This document shows positions 63,738-64,000 of a stretch of 64,000 nucleotides of DNA, one piece after another. Position numbers and translations under genes: made by a program. The stretch's first letter is position 1. Each line of letters opens with the position of its first letter. Source of the stretch: Terriglobia bacterium (GTDB lineage: Bacteria; Acidobacteriota; Terriglobia; 20CM-2-55-15). The notes below the pieces were generated by a model that did no database searches, was not told the DNA's origin, and saw only the letters and a program-made list of their open reading frames with translations. The stretch lies in contig CBDCLE010000002.1 of the NCBI GenBank assembly GCA_965218585.1, positions 256,001 through 320,000 of the forward strand, in the 5' to 3' direction.

Positions 63738-64000
63738 CTAGAAATACAGCTATAAAAAGCCGAATAAGAAGCGAAAAAAGTTGGGGGAATGTTTTCGCCC
63801 AAACGGCACTTTCTGTAACGCATTCCTTTTAAAAGACTTCGATGCCACTCTTGCTGGCCGGGTCGGCTCTTTCCACCGATCCGTAATTTCATAGTCTGTT
63901 GATCACGTTGAAGTTACCGGAACCCCACTTGTCGTTTTTCGCGCTTTAATCGCCCAAATCGCCCAGCTAGGCTCGGGTCGTGATGAACGAAATCCTCGAC

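Noticed and set aside
63742-63892. ORF start on the minus strand beyond IS1380
   Set aside because: No recognisable motif and it runs into the IS; insufficient support.

Overview
A 64-kb bacterial chromosomal segment, probably from an Acidobacteriota-like organism (inferred from the VWA, IPT/NHL, TonB-receptor and ankyrin protein types). It shows clear genome decay. Seven delimitable IS elements (IS1182, two IS256, IS110/IS1111, IS6, a cargo-carrying IS1595, IS1380) and an IS256 remnant are present. They interrupt or truncate spsF, a B12-radical SAM gene, a ~8.6-kb NHL/IPT surface-protein gene, flagellin and an ABC transporter gene. Several other genes carry frameshifts or in-frame stops (ruvC, DegT, nucleotide-sugar dehydrogenase, an amidohydrolase, an MBL hydrolase, dctQ); some may be sequencing errors. 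Intact content includes tRNA-Ser(TGA), lhgO, a GntP permease, amrB, yebC, nirK, a TonB-dependent receptor, a CusA/CzcA heavy-metal RND operon, a TRAP transporter, secreted amidohydrolases, a cytochrome c'-like protein and an ankyrin-CxxCH-barrel protein. Three observations stand out: (1) a His-rich, nearly leaderless ORF ending in RAPP ahead of the metal-efflux operon, a candidate metal-sensing ribosome-arrest leader; (2) an IS1595 element carrying passenger genes and a promoter-linked ~110-nt structured RNA; (3) an IS1111-type element whose downstream non-coding region contains short matches to its own target flank and end, a candidate bridge/seekRNA.
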